From the human T2T-CHM13v2.0 reference genome, Homo sapiens, in the NCBI RefSeq assembly GCF_009914755.1, contig NC_060931.1: a stretch of DNA of 64,000 nt; one strand, 5' to 3'. Shown here piece by piece: positions 42,402 through 57,264 of the stretch. The stretch's first letter is position 1, and every line of letters starts with the position of its first letter. A model generated the notes under the pieces. The model did not search any database. It saw nothing but the letters and a program-made list of their open reading frames with translations, and was not told the origin of the DNA. A program made the translations under genes and the position numbers.

Positions 42402-43063
42402 CTTTTTTTTTATTATACTTTAAGTTTTAGGGTACATGTGCACAATGTGCAGGTTAGTTACATATGTATACATGTGCCATGCTGGTGTGCTGCACCCATT
42501 AACTCATCATTTAGCATTAGGTATATCCCCTAATGCTATCCCTCCCCCCTCCTCCCACCCCACAACAGTCCCCAGAGTGTGATGTTCCCCTTCCTGTGTC
42601 CATGTGTTCTCATTGTTCAATTCCCACCTATGAGTGAGAACATGCGGTGTTTGGTTTTTTGTCCTTGCGATAGTTTACGGAGAATGATGATTTCCGATTT
42701 CATCCATGTCTCTACAAAGGACATGAACTCATCATTTTTTATGGCTGCATAGTATTCCATGGTGTATATGTGCCACATTTCCTTAATCCAGTCTATCATT
42801 GTTGGACATTTGGGTTGGTTCTAAGTCTTTGCTATTGTGAATAGTGCCTCAATAAACATACGTGTGCATGTGTCTTTATAGCAGCATGATTTATAGTCCT
42901 TTGGATATATACCCAGTAATGGGATGGCTGGGTCAAATGGTATTTCAGTTCTAGATCCCTGAGGAATTGCCACACTGACTTCCACAATGGTTGAACTAGT
43001 TTACAGTCCCACCAACAGTGTAAAAGTGTTCCTATTTCTCCATATCCTCTCCAGTACCTGTTG
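42402..43063 (-). mobile_element. Young L1PA 3' end (about 660 bp, 5'-truncated)
   Basis: tattatactttaagttttagggtacatgtgcacaa...; ORF2 C-terminus MIDWIKEMWHIYTMEYYAAIKNDEFMSF. Confidence 0.95.
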
Positions 43064-43814
43064 CTGACACCTTTATCTTAGAAAATAAATTAGGCTACAT
43101 CTCCTTCTTAGAACAAAATCCAAACTCTTCCTGTGCGGAGCCTGTTATGGTCCAGCTGCTCTTCCCTCCCCATTTGCACCTGCATCCTGTCTCCCTTCTT
43201 TCACTGCATGTGTTCATCCATCAAGGGTTGGGAGAAAACAGATAAATCTCTATAAAAAGAGAATGTATTTTTCTACAAGTCATATGTATTGATGGAGAAA
43301 ATGATTCTAGACCTACAAGATATTTGTGTGTGTGAAATCTTGGACTTAATCTAATTTATTTATACATATTGCTTTTCAATGGAAATTTTGAATTCTATAG
43401 ATTACTGTCATCAATGACTCGGCTAAAAATTGTGTAAATTTTCAAAAATAAAGCTGTTTTGATCCCCTACTTTTCAAAAGAAGAAAACCTGCTTTCGCAG
43501 TGGGCAAAAAGGGCAGTGCTGTCTTGGGAAGTTAGACTGTAAGCTTCTTGAGAGCAAGGAGGATGCTCCTTGTCGTCACAGTGCCTAACAATGCTGTTAA
43601 ATTCATGCTCATTGTATAATTTATTGATGGACATGTTCTTTGCTATTTTAAGAGTTGCCTTTTATGAAGTATGTAAAGATCATACATGTTAGAATTTAGG
43701 ATATTAGAAAATAAGGCTTTTTAAAATCTCCAGTGCAGAGATAATTGGTTAATAATACTCCTCAGTATATGGAATAACACGAGGGCCCTCTTACTAATTT
43801 TTGAAAATTTATTA

Positions 43815-44205
43815 CAGTCATATATTGCTTAACAACAGAGACATGCTAGGAGAAATGTGTCATTAGGCGATTTTGTCATTAGGCAAACACCATAGAGTGT
43901 AGGTACACAAACCTAGATGGTGTAGTCTACTACACACCTAGGCTAGATGGTATAGCCTGTTCTCCTAGTTTACAAACCTGTACAGCATGATAGTGTACTG
44001 AATACCGTAGGCAATTTTAACACAGTGGTAAATATTTGTGTTTCCAAATATATCTAAACATAGAAAAGATAATGTGTTGCTATGACGTTCCAATAGCTGT
44101 GAAGTCACTAGGCAATAAGAACTTTTCAGCTCCATTATAATTTTATGGGACCACCATAGTATATGAGGTCAGTCATTGAGCAAAACATTGTTATGCTGCA
44201 TATTG
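43815..44205. mobile_element. Tigger3-like Tc1/mariner DNA transposon
   Basis: cagtcat...gcttaac...gagaaatgtgtcattaggcgatttt...acacaaacctagatgg. Confidence 0.8.
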
Positions 44206-44280
44206 CATTAATTCTCTTTTATCTTATTCGTAATGTCCATTTCTTCCTGGTCTTTTGGCCAACTATTCTAATTTGTTTAA

Positions 44281-44712
<432 letters not shown>

Positions 44713-45440
44713 CTCAACACTATAAAGATTCATACATATTGCTAGTCTACAATTTCTAATTGTTCACAATGAGCAATTATGAATCCATGGTGTTCACAAT
44801 ATTCTAGCTTTCATTCCCGGTAGCTAAATATCCAATTCCCCAGCACCTTGGGATTCATATCATGACACAGGCTCACTTAAAGACCTGTGTGAAAATTTCT
44901 TTGGTGTATTTACAGAGGAACCGAGTTGCTAGGTCATAGTGATCCCCAGAATGGCTTTATAACTCTATACTCCTACTTCAGTGCACAATCTTTCCTTATG
45001 TACAACTTCAACAACACTTGGCATGTTTTGATTTTTTTTTTAGCTAAAAGATAAAATTGTTTTATGTTCCATTACTCTGAAAAGTAATCAGACACGGAGT
45101 TTTTTTCTCATGTTTTTCTCATGCTGAGTTCCTGATTCGCACCCATTCTCACTCTGTATCATTCTGTTCATGCCTTCCTTGTCTCAGTTCATGGTAACTT
45201 CGTCATTGCAGTGATGAGTCCATTCACCACTCCTTTTTCTCATACGGGACTCAAATCTGCAAAAATATCCTGTTGCCCCTACCTTCAAAATATGTGCGGA
45301 ATATGATCACTTCTCACCTCTGCAGTCACTCCCTGGTGTGAAACACCACCATCTCCCACTTGGGTTACTTCAGTAGAACAAACTTCTCTGCTTCACTCTT
45401 GTGTCCCAGCAGTCAGAGGGAACCCTTTAAAATATAACTC

Positions 45441-45700
45441 AGCTTTGGGAGGCCGAGGCGGGTGGATCACGAGGTCAGGAGATCGAGACCATTCTGGCTA
45501 ACATGGTGAAACCCCGTCTCTACTAAAAAATACAAAAAATTAGCCGGGCGTGGTGGCGGTGCCTGTAGTCCCAGCTACTTGGGAGGCTAAGGCAGGAAAA
45601 TGGCGTGAACCTAGGAGGCGGAGCTTGCAGTGAGCCAAGATCCCGGCACTGCACTCCAGCCTGGGCGACAGAGTGATGCTCCGTCTCAAAAAAAAAAAAA

Positions 45701-45701
<1 letters not shown>
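45441..45701 (+). mobile_element. AluY-like element, slightly 5'-truncated
   Basis: AluY diagnostics (ggctaacatggtg, tggcgtgaacc, gagcttgcag); TSD ATATAACTCAG. Confidence 0.92.
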
Positions 45702-45750
<49 letters not shown>

Positions 45751-45871
45751 ATATATACGTGTATATATACACGTATATATATATACGTATATATATACAC
45801 GTATATATATATACGTATATATATACACGTATATATATATACGTATATATATGTATATATGTATATGAGTA

Positions 45872-45967
<96 letters not shown>
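45702..45967. repeat. Compound (AT)n-(GT)n-(TATATAC[AC]GT)n-(GT)n-(AT)n microsatellite
   Basis: Seen directly; about 265 bp of alternating purine/pyrimidine sequence. Confidence 0.97.
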
Positions 45968-45968
<1 letters not shown>

Positions 45969-47502
45969 CTCAGGCCATGTCATTACCCTGCTCACACCCT
46001 GCATTTACTAAAAATAAAATCCAAAGTCTTTCTGTGGAGATGGGCCTGTTTTCTATCTAGACTCTTTTCCTGGGATGCTCTTTCCTTAGATAGCCACTTC
46101 CTCACCTCTGTCAATTTTTCATTCAACCATCATCTCTTCAAGGAGATTTACATGACTGACCTATTTGTTACAACAAACTTCCTTCCTGACCCATACTCCC
46201 ACTCCTTCTCCCCTTGATTTATTTTCCAAAGAACTTATCTTTTCTAGCATTCTTTGCAATGTATGCATTTTTAAATATAGGTTTCCCTTCACTGCCCCAT
46301 ATATAAGCCCCTTGAAGGCAGGGCTCTTTGTTTTTTAAACTAGTATATGCCAAATATCTAAAATAGTGCCTGTCTTATAGAAGGCACAAAGTAAATATTT
46401 TCTGAGCGAGTGAAGCAAACTGTTAGCTATTTGGGTTTTTATTGTTGTACACTGCATGTTCATTTTCTTTGCCCATTTTTCCTTTGGGTTTTTTGCCATT
46501 TCTTTACTGATGGATATATTATAGGTGTTAGCCCTGTTGTGTCATACCTACTGCAAATACATACTTCTAATCTGCAATCCCTCTGTTCACTTTATCCATA
46601 GAGTCCTTTGTTGAACAGAAGGTCTTCATTTTGAGGCAATCAAATGCATCACTTTTTTATTCTGTGATTTGTGCTTTGGAAGTTTGTTTTTCTAAAAAAA
46701 TAAAATCCTGCATGTAGGTCACAAAATACTATATTTTTTATTTAATTAGGTTTTTAGTTTTACCTACTATAATATTTCTTTAGTATATCTGACATTCACT
46801 TTTAAATATTTGTTAAATATAGATCCAGTGTTATGTTTTCCAGTGTTCCATTTATTAGACAATCAATTCTTTACTCATTCATTTGTAGTAATTTTAGTGT
46901 GTATTAAGTTTACCTATGTCTGGGTCTGTCTTTGAACTCTCTATTCATTCCTGTTTGTTATTTCATCTGTTCTTACACCATGCAATTCTAGCATTCTATT
47001 TTTTAAATTTAATAAGTCTTCCTACAGGGTATGTAAGATATCAAATAACATGAGCATATCCATTTTATTTGGTCTTTTTTCAAAGTTAATTCTGCTATTT
47101 ATAGAGAGATTTATTTCTTATAAAATTTTGACTAATTTTAGTCTGAAGTTTCCCAAAAATTTCACCTGAAATTTTAATTGTTTATAGATTACTTTTGGAG
47201 AACTGATCTTTTAATATTAAATTGTCCAAGACAAAGCATGAAATGTCATTACAGTTATTCAGAAACTCTTTAATGTCCTATTTATAGTTTTAATACTTTC
47301 TCCATATTTGTTCAACAAATATTTGTTAAATATATTTTACATGCTGGACACCTTTCTAGGCAAATGAAAATATCTGTCCTCATGGAGTTTACTTTCAACT
47401 TAAGGGAAACAGACAATAAAAATAAGAAATAAGATACATGTTATGTTGGATGGTGTTAATTGCTAGGAAGAAAAATAATAAGGAAGGTAGATTAAAAATA
47501 CT

Positions 47503-48078
<576 letters not shown>

Positions 48079-48177
48079 TTATACAATTCCAACTTTATAA
48101 TTTGTGTTGCTGTTATAAGTGACATTTTATTTTATTTTTCTAGTTGGTTATTGCTGGTGTACAGAAATTCCATTGAT

Positions 48178-48462
48178 TTCTTTCTTTCTTTTTTTAAAGA
48201 GACAAAATCTGACCTTCTCCCCCAGGCTAGAGTGCAGTGGTGAAATCATAGCTCACTATAGCCTCAAACTCCTGGGCTCAAACCATACTCCTTGCTCAGC
48301 CTTCCAAGTAGCTGGGACTACACGTGTGCATCACCAATCATTGCTAAATTTTTTATTTTTTGTAGAAATAGGGTCTTTCTAGGTTGTCCAGGTTGGTCTT
48401 GAACTCTTAGTCTCAAGCAATCCTCCTGCCTTGGCCGCCCAAAGTGCTGAAATTACAGTTGT
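48178..48462 (-). mobile_element. AluJ-like element
   Basis: Diverged reverse Alu (atcatagctcactatagcctcaaactcctgggctcaa). Confidence 0.88.
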
Positions 48463-49329
48463 AGTCATTGATATCTCTGAGGTGGTCCTGTGTCTAGTTC
48501 TCTTATTAAGGCTAATAGATTGTTACAAAAATTTTCCTAGATATATAATCTTATCATCTGTAAATAATGATGGTTTTGCTTATAGTCTTTGTAAATCTTA
48601 ATTATTTTCTTTTCCTATAGCATAGGCCAGGACCTCTAGTATCCTGTCTAATTGTAAGCTGTGAGAATAGGTATCTTTTCTTATTTCTGATTTAAAGAAA
48701 TGCATCCAGAGAGTCTCCATCCAGTACACTGCTGTGGATTTGGAATATTTAACCTTTACCAAGTTAAGGAAGTTCCCTTCTAGTTCTATTTTTAAATGAT
48801 TTTTTAAATCGATGGATAAATACTTCATCAAATGGTTTTTAATCCATTTATTGAAATAATCATATACATTTTCCAGTTTCAGTCTATTAAGTAGTTCATC
48901 ATATTAGTCAATTATTTTATGGTGAGCTATCCCTGCATCCCTTGGGAAAACCCATATTTTATTATGATACATTATTGTTTAAAAATTATTAGATTGCTCT
49001 AGCTAATATTTTATAATATTATATTATATCATTATATAATATTTATTATATTTATATTATATGATATTTATTATATTTATATTGTGTATAAGCCCTAGTG
49101 GGCTTATAATCCCCTTGCCTAGCCACATTCTTATTGCTTTATAGAATAAATACTATACATGCTCATAGAACGAGATTAGCAGACATATGAATCAGATAGG
49201 GCAGAGATAATCCCAAGTAAAGACCAACCTGTAAAGCACAGAACTTACAACAATAAATATTTATTTTCCTTCTCAAGGATCTTCTGCATGTTAGCTGTCC
49301 AAACAGTCAAGTAGTCTCACCTAGGCTAT

Positions 49330-50160
49330 AAAGAAGGTTGTGAAATGCCATGTATTGCATTAAAACTTGGAAGAAAAAAGTGGAAATTGGATATTGATGG
49401 ACAGAAGACAGTTGATATGATTTGTATATCTTTAAAAGATCCAAGATATTCAATTACCAGATTAATAGAAATCATGAGAGCTCAGCAAGGAGGTTAGCAT
49501 TTCTATACTCAAGCCACAACTATAAAAATAATAGAAACTCTCCTGTGTACAATAACAACATAAACCATGAAAGAATAAATATGAAATAAATCTAATGATA
49601 CACATGTAGGACATTTAGTGAGAAAGCTCTAATGATTTTTTAAAAGATATTTTTAAAAGTCCTAAAATAAATGAAGTGACAGCTACTTCTGGCAAAAAAG
49701 CAATTAATATCACAAAAGTCAAATTTTCTCAGAGTATGTGAATTCAAGGAAATAGCAATCCAAATCTAGAAGACACTGTTAAAAATGGTACTTGACAGAT
49801 TGATTTAAAACCTCACATGAAAGAAAAGCCATCAAGCAAGAGTAATTAAAAGATTTTTGAGAAAGAAGTGAAATAAAGTGAGAAAGTACCTGTCTTACAC
49901 CCTATCAAAGCATATCATGAAGTAACTACAATTAAAACTATGGTATTGGTGTAGAGAAAGACAAATGCATTAGTGAATCAAGATGCAGTCCAAAAAGAAA
50001 CTTTCACATGTGGGAATCTAATATATCATATATTCATAATTTCAAATAAATTTAGGAAAATATATACTACAAAAAATGATGTTGTCACAAGTGTCTATAC
50101 TAAAAGGCCAAAGAAATGTCATTTTTTTGCTTATACACCATAGGAAAAAATTAATTCGTA
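49330..50160 (+). mobile_element. Diverged L1M ORF2 fragment
   Basis: attaaaactatggtattggtgtagagaaagacaaat and related A-rich ORF2 motifs. Confidence 0.6.
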
Positions 50161-52589
50161 GATCTGAAGGTGAGGAAGTGTATTTTACAAATGAGTTTCT
50201 ATTTGTTTCCTCCTAGAACTGTATAAATAACGGTAAAAAGAATAAGAAATTAGATAAGAAAGCCACAAAGTAAAGAAGACAGTAAGTAAGAAAAAAAAAT
50301 ATAATGAGAGATATCAGCAACATTTCAGGAGCTAGAAAGCAAACTTCTTCTTTTCCCTGGCCCTGCACTCCTTATCTCTTTTCTTTTTAAGATCCAGAGC
50401 TACCTCGGGCTCTAATGAATTTCTCTCTCCAACTCCAGCACTCACAGGGGTGGGGAGCTCTGTTTAAGCAGATTGTTCATTGTGCTTAGAAAGTGGTTCT
50501 CAGACCACTGGCCAGAAAAAGATACCATTGTGTCAGCTTCAGAACAAGCCAGGGAGAAGAAATTATAAGCTGTCTTTCCTAGGGCTATGCCAGGTAGCTG
50601 AGCAGACAGTAAGAACAGCCTGCGGCTTTCATATTAACAATGCACACACGGAAATCTCCACTCTCACCCTTGGGTAAGGGGAGATAGAGAAATGCATTGC
50701 AATTCTACAGGTTTTGCTGCACAATGCTTAGTATCCTCACTAAAGATCTATTATTAATGCTTCTGGGAAGTAAAATTTCTAAGTTAAAAACCAGGATAAG
50801 GTCTGTCTTCCTCCAAGTAAAGACAAGACAAAAGTTCTAAGAAGGTTACCGAAGGTTGTGGTAGAATTCCAAACCCGGAGAGCAAGCAGCCCACTATAAA
50901 GCAACATCTCACTGGGGACTGGTATAAAAAAGTTTCACTGCCCATGCTCAGACCAGATTATCCACACAGAGCATTCCAATGGTCTCCTAAGTTGCCTGGA
51001 CCAGGAGCTATTGCTCAAACAGAAGTTGAAATGGGCGAATTGGAATGAGGAAGTAGAGATTTAATCACATTTACAAGCCCATAAAGTGGGATCAAAGTTC
51101 TCTCCATCCAAAGGTGGCATCACTGAAGACTCAAACGTAACCCTGTTGGGAAATTAAAGTTTGGTGAGCCCCTTCCCATGCTCCAGGGACAAGGAGATAA
51201 AACTTGTATTTGCAAAGTTGAATGTAGGTTAGGATATTAGGTGCATACATGACCATACAGAGGGGGAGGGAAAATAAAAGAAGTCAAATAAACAAAATAT
51301 AATTGGCCGCCTGAGATTTCATCCCTAAAGTTAGAGAAAGTTATCTGTTCCAACTGCACTTTCTTCAAATTCCACGACTTTCCCAGCCCTGCCATCCTTC
51401 CAAGGTACAGGATGGCGTTCTTCACTCTCCACAGGTGAGTCAGGAATTTTCCTTGATTCTTCAACATTTAATTGTCAACACAAATGATGAAACCAGGTTT
51501 CTGTAATCCCTGGCCTTCTCCCATAGTCTTCAGGCCTGAGGGTATGGTGGCTTGATAAAGTTGTCAACCAGTGGAAATCTGTCCTAAGAAAATGTGTTCT
51601 GGGTATTCAAATTAGGAAGCCAGAACTTTTCAAGTGATTTAAGGGTTCTCAACCTTTAGGATGGGGCTAAGCTTCCTAAGGAGTGAGCACCAGGTCCTTT
51701 TTCCTTTATGACCATTAATTCTTTCTTAGAGAAGAGTTAGACTTTTCACTTTCTCCCATAGATAGCTTACAATAAGTTTCTTCATTTATTGATTCTTATT
51801 TACATTTCAGTATCCACTTCCCTTTCCCCATTTTCTCATTTTGTATAATTTTCTCTCTCAGGTATTTATCCATCTATTTATTTATTTATTTATTTAAATT
51901 TGGGATAATTTTTTTGAGAAAGGCTTTTAATGTATATATATATATATATCACAGTACATGAAGATTTTTTTAAATTGAGATGAAATTTACACAACATAAA
52001 ATTAACAACATTAAAGTGTACAACTCAGAGACATTTAGTTCATTCACAGTATTGAGGTTCCATGTTTGTATGTGTACAGGCAAGGAGGCATGAAAAGTAA
52101 TGTGTGGAAAGCTTGAGCATGTGAGTGTGTCTGTATGTGGAATCCAAAGGGGGCGACATGGAGAGCATTCTTGTGATTATGCAAAGAACCCCTGGTTCTT
52201 TCCTCCCTCTACAGGGATTTTGAGGTAACCATGTGGCCACTCAGCATTATACCTCTGCCTTTGGCATGATTAGCAAGTAACCTGGAAACACAGCCCCCTT
52301 TTTATTCTAGTGTGACTGTAACTACACAAATAGTGGGAGATATGTTGGCATGATCTATAAGCTCTCACCACTACAAAGAATAGATTCTAAGTTCCCGATG
52401 GGAAACAGCTAAGAAGGAACAAATCTTTCCAACTGGGTAAGACTCATCTCTTCAGTACAGGATCTCTTATCAGTCTTCAACTTTTTCTTGTTTTACCTAC
52501 ACAAAACTATGCTGAAGTTCAAATTTTCTTCTGAAGGCTAATTTTTAAATATAAGTACTCACCTTTATCTACTTCTGATATTAGCTCAT

Positions 52590-52880
52590 TTGTAATTAAC
52601 AAGTTAAAATTGTATACATTTATGTGTACAACATGATGTATTTATGGTGTACATGTTTTGATACCTGTATACATTGTGGAATGGATAAGCCAAGCTAATT
52701 AACATATGAATTGCCTCACGTGCTTATTATTCTTTTGTGGTGAGAATACTTAAAATCTACTCTGTTAGCAATTTTCAATTATATCATGTATTGTTATTAA
52801 TTATAGTCACCATGATGTATAATAGAGCTCTTGAATGTATTCCTCCTGCCTAATTGAAATTTTGTATTATTTGACAAACA
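52590..52880 (-). mobile_element. L1MA-like 3' end fragment
   Basis: Same family text as 17790-18060 (aattgtatacattt...tagcaattttcaa...atagtcaccatg). Confidence 0.75.
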
Positions 52881-53287
52881 GCTCCATCGTATTCCCATTA
52901 TTTTCCATAATCAGAGCTCTTTAATTTTTATTAGAGGGGAAAAACAGTCTCTCCAACATGTACCCACTGTAAGCTGTTGTGCTCATTACTGTATCAGACA
53001 TAAAGCATGATTACCTTTTCAAATGTGTAAAAGAGGCTAGTTAATCATATACAACAAAAAGAATCCCTAAATGAGGAAGATGCTGGTGTTTCTCCTCTTT
53101 GACCTGTTCCCCATGAGGCTAGAAAGCCAAATGTCACCTTCATGGGCAAGTGGGGATAAGCGTACTCCGGTGCACTGTGACTCTTGGAATAGTCAGTCTC
53201 TGAACTGAATGAGATCAAAAGTAGAAACTCAATTAGTCCTCTTGATTCATCTGATTTTTACATTCATTTACTCCTTGGCCTTTAAAC

Positions 53288-53500
53288 CAGGCTTATCCAA
53301 CCCATGGTCCATGGGCTACATGGATGGCTTTGAATGTGGCCCAACACAAATTCATAAACTTTCATAAAATATTATGAGATCATCTTTGCAATTTTCTTTT
53401 TAGCTCATCAGCTATCATCATTGTTAGTGTATTTTATGTGTGGCCCAAGACAATTCTTCTTCCTTTGAGGCCCAGGGAAGCAAAAAGATTGGACACCCTG
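53288..53500. mobile_element. MER30 hAT-Charlie DNA transposon
   Basis: ggctttgaatgtggcccaacacaaattc...aaaagattggacaccctg; 8-bp TSD CT(T/C)TAAAC. Confidence 0.85.
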
Positions 53501-54661
53501 CTCTAAACAGTGACTATCATTGTGCATGACACAAGGCCATGCTATAGATAGGAGTGGCACAATGGATGCACACCAGATTCACAGATAATCCTTGGTTTCC
53601 TACTGACTCCCACTTTCTAGGCATATCACCTCCTTTTCTCACCTGTAAAATATAGACAACAAGCAAAAGTTTGAAATGATGTTGTGATTACACTATATTA
53701 TATTATGTGAATAGATGTATATTTAGCATAATGACTGGCACAGAGTATGTTCTCAGAAAACAGTAAGTATAAGGTTATCCCAATGTCATATAGAGATCAA
53801 TGCACTCACAACTTAATTATTCTCCTAATATTCTTTCCACCCCATGAACTTTGGACTTTGCCTAGCCAAGAGTGCTTCAGGAGCTTGCTTGTTTTCTTCC
53901 CACCACTTTCCACAAAAATAGTAGACAAATTGAAGAAAATTTTCTGAAACCAAATCCAATCATTCAATGATTTACTGGGCAATTGAGTCGGGTAAGTTAT
54001 TTGAAACGATTTTACGAAGAAACTGGTTTTGCTTTGACTTTAATGCCTGTCACCTTAAAAAATATCAAATATATTTTTTGTGGGGAAAAAACCCAAATCG
54101 ACTACATTGTTTCTGAGCAAAAACAACATGGCTTGAAGTATAAATACTCTCCTTTTGCATAGGTTTTTGGAGAAAGGTAGAAAAATACATTTTGTTTGTT
54201 CAATGTTTGTTCACTTTTTTTCTTTAAGCCTTTGTTATAGAAGTGTCAAGTATAAACGAATCCAACCTTAACCATAATTTCCACATGGATGCCACCTGTG
54301 TGCACGTCATCCCCAATGATAGTATCTGGAAAACTTGCTGCATCACAGTTGCGTTTGAGCTCTTGGTAGGCAGCACTAAAGAAAGGGTATTTGAAGTAAG
54401 TCTTGCATACGATGTAGGACAAATCACTGGTATTCCTTTAAAGAGCAGGTCACCATAGAAACATTTCCGAGAAATTCTGCATCCCATTTTGGTATGTTTT
54501 AAGTTTTATTTGTGATATACATAGTTGTTTAGTTCATTTGTTTAAATCCTATAACAAAATAGTAAACATAAACAACTAGTACTTCCTTCAGTATTCATAC
54601 TGTCAGCAATAAGCAATTGGAGAGTGTGTATGTGTGTGTAATATATATAAGTGTGTGTGTG

Positions 54662-54716
<55 letters not shown>

Positions 54717-54720
54717 GATA
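54662..54720. repeat. (GATA)n tetranucleotide STR, about 13 perfect units
   Basis: Seen directly in the sequence. Confidence 0.97.
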
Positions 54721-56040
54721 GAGAGTTATAATTCCCTTCTAAACCTGAAGATTTGCAGATATCTGCAGCCATCATGATGTTAGGTGGGAAGGAGAAAATG
54801 AAGGAAAAAAGCAAACGCTCCCATATGGAGGAAATATAGTTCAAATCTTCAGATTTAAAATAACACCCCCAGAGAAGGTACTTATAATGAATTTTTTAGA
54901 AAACTCCATTGCCTGTCAAAATGAACCTAGCAACCCCCCTCAATCTGAACTGTATTCTGAGAACTACAGTGTAGGAAGCCCTAGGTTGGGAACAAAGTAG
55001 TAGGAAGAGGAAGAACGGATGGGTCTTACACTTAGTGGTATTATGTAATATAGTCTCTTCAGCTGTTGGTAAATCTCTAAAAAGCATTCGGGTACCACAA
55101 GTACATTTACACCAGGATAGATGGACATTGTAAACATCACCAGTGCATATTTGTATCAGGCCTTTCATGACTAGGAAATTTCCTGACTCATATGTCTCTA
55201 GAACAAATACTTTTTATGCTAGTATAAAATGGGGCAGAACAAAAAGAAATTGATGTACAAATAGATATAGCACAACAGAAAATTACAAGAAAGGAAACAA
55301 AATAATTAACAATGTTATTATTTTTAGTTATGGGGATTAAAATCTGTTAACTCTGAACATTCGAGCAAAATATTGCTCTTAATTATAAATTACCTATTTG
55401 TGATATTTTGAATCCTTTTATCTTTTCACACCATGAACAACCTTACACCTTTAAGCATTGTGCATTTTTTTCCCCAGTCTTATAGCTGAGCATTAATTGT
55501 CTGATGATTTTGGGATGGATGACTGAAAACTCTCAGTGCAAGGTATTGAATGTGGTGCCTCATGTTAAGTGATCATTTTCACGAATTTTTATTTGACACC
55601 CAGTTTCTGAAAGCTCTATGTTTTTAATAAATTCCTTGGTGTCTCGGACCCTATTAAACAAACAATACTAAATCCTGAATATTTTATGAGCAACCATCTG
55701 AATATTGCTGTCTGCATAATAATGAACTTTAAAGTACCCGTATCCCCTGTGTTATAAGTCATGTGATCTCTGACAGTCATTTCAATAGTTTTTAGGCTGA
55801 GACTAGAACCTTTCAATAAATTCAACTGTGGTATGCTGTCCCTTATGGTTACATCATGACTAGGGTAGAGCCATTGGAATGCCAACCAAATTTTGGTGTA
55901 AATCCTTTATGTACTTTTGCAAGATTCTCTCCAAGACCTCATACCCTGTCTAAATTCTTTGGTTATGAATCACTTCCTTCAGTAACTAAGCAAATATTTA
56001 AAAAGTTTTGATTTGGTGTTCAAAGAACTACTACTAATGT

Positions 56041-56349
56041 GAGGTGATATCTTCTTGTGATTTTTCTTAGCATTTCTCTGGTAATTAGTGATGCTTAACA
56101 TTTTTTCATATACCTGTTGGCCATTTGTATGTCTTCCTTGGAAAAATATCTATTTAGTTCCTTTGCCCATTTTTAACCTTTTTTGGGCTGAGCTGTGGGA
56201 ATTTCCTGTATATTTTGAATATTAATCCCTTACCAGATACATGGTCTGAAAATACTTTATCCCATTCTGTAGGTTGCCTTTTCATTTCATTGATTGTTTC
56301 CTTTGCTGTGCAGAAGCTCAAAAAAGTAGTTTTTTAAAAAAAAAAAAAA
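56041..56349. mobile_element. Inverted L1 ORF2 fragment plus sense poly(A) between TSD-like repeats
   Basis: Reverse L1 text at 56041-56319, A-run at 56336-56351, flanks AACTACTAC(TA/CT)ATGT. Confidence 0.75.
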
Positions 56350-56454
56350 AACTACTACCTATGTCACTATGTTCTAGAATTAAAGCCTTATCTTCTATCT
56401 TTCTATCTTCACTGGTGAGAACTGATCCATTTTCTACAAGAAATGAATAAACTA

Positions 56455-56795
56455 TCCTATCCCTGAGAAAACATCAATATTGAGTAATAATCTGACGTCA
56501 CTAACCACTTCATTAAGTTCACCTTGTGGGGGATAAGAGATTAATTTTAGCAATTTTGTATATCTTATCTTCGTGCAACACCTGATCCCTGGAAGTTGGC
56601 CACCTTGTGTTGGTCTTGGCTTACTGGGCCCCTTGCATGAGATAGGCAGGGAGGAAGCATTTCCACTTGACACTCTAAAGGCAAAAGGGCAAATTACAGA
56701 AAACAAACTCAAAATTGTTCAGTTATAAAATGTCTATGAAGACTATTCAAAATGTTCAAGATCTCATGGATGCATTCCACTGAGGAGAGGTGAGT
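56455..56795 (+). promoter_or_regulatory. Candidate OR2Q1P promoter / non-coding first exon
   Basis: O/E-like TCCCTGAGA (56460) and TCCCTGGAA (56587), homeodomain TCATTAAG (56510), CRE TGACGTCA (56493), donor GAG|GTGAGT (56790). Acceptors at 57072 and 57246. Confidence 0.45.
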
Positions 56796-57264
56796 AGAGT
56801 TGTGTCTGAGATGTCCAGAGGAAAAACCCAATAAACAAAAAGAAGTTAGATGGTGGTGAACAGCAGTCAGAACTCAGACATATATTTCATATGGATAAAA
56901 AAACTTTCTCATTTCTTCTGTAAAAACTACTAAACTGAATAAGACTTTAAGTCTAAATACTGCATTAATTTCCTTCCCCTATTTAAGAGCAGATGTTTGG
57001 GAGAAGAAATTATATTCCAATAAACTGAATTTTAAGAATGTAACTTCTTTTTTCCTTGATTTCCCTGCACAGCTGGGTCCCACTGTGGTCCTCATGCCTG
57101 GATGCATTGTTCAAGCAGAGTTTGGATGGTGATTTGGCTGAGACATTCTAGGTGGACTTTATGTTCAGATGGGTGGGTTCTCCATATGCCCTACGAATCA
57201 TCTTCTAATCCTTCATTTCCATGACTGGTTATTTCTACATCTTTAGTGTGGTCCTTGGAAGCTC

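Noticed and set aside
43060-43170. Similarity to 45975-46070 (AAAATCCAAA.TCTT.CTGTG)
   Set aside because: Short and diverged; better explained as two old L2-type remnants than a local duplication.
45523-46011. YI/VC-rich ORFs; likewise the KER/FLS-rich ORFs at 47685-48050
   Set aside because: Translations of microsatellites and Alu sequence.
54224-54487. Unique-looking stretch with overlapping 71-87 aa ORFs
   Set aside because: No recognisable homology, splice structure or motif cluster; it cannot be supported without a search.
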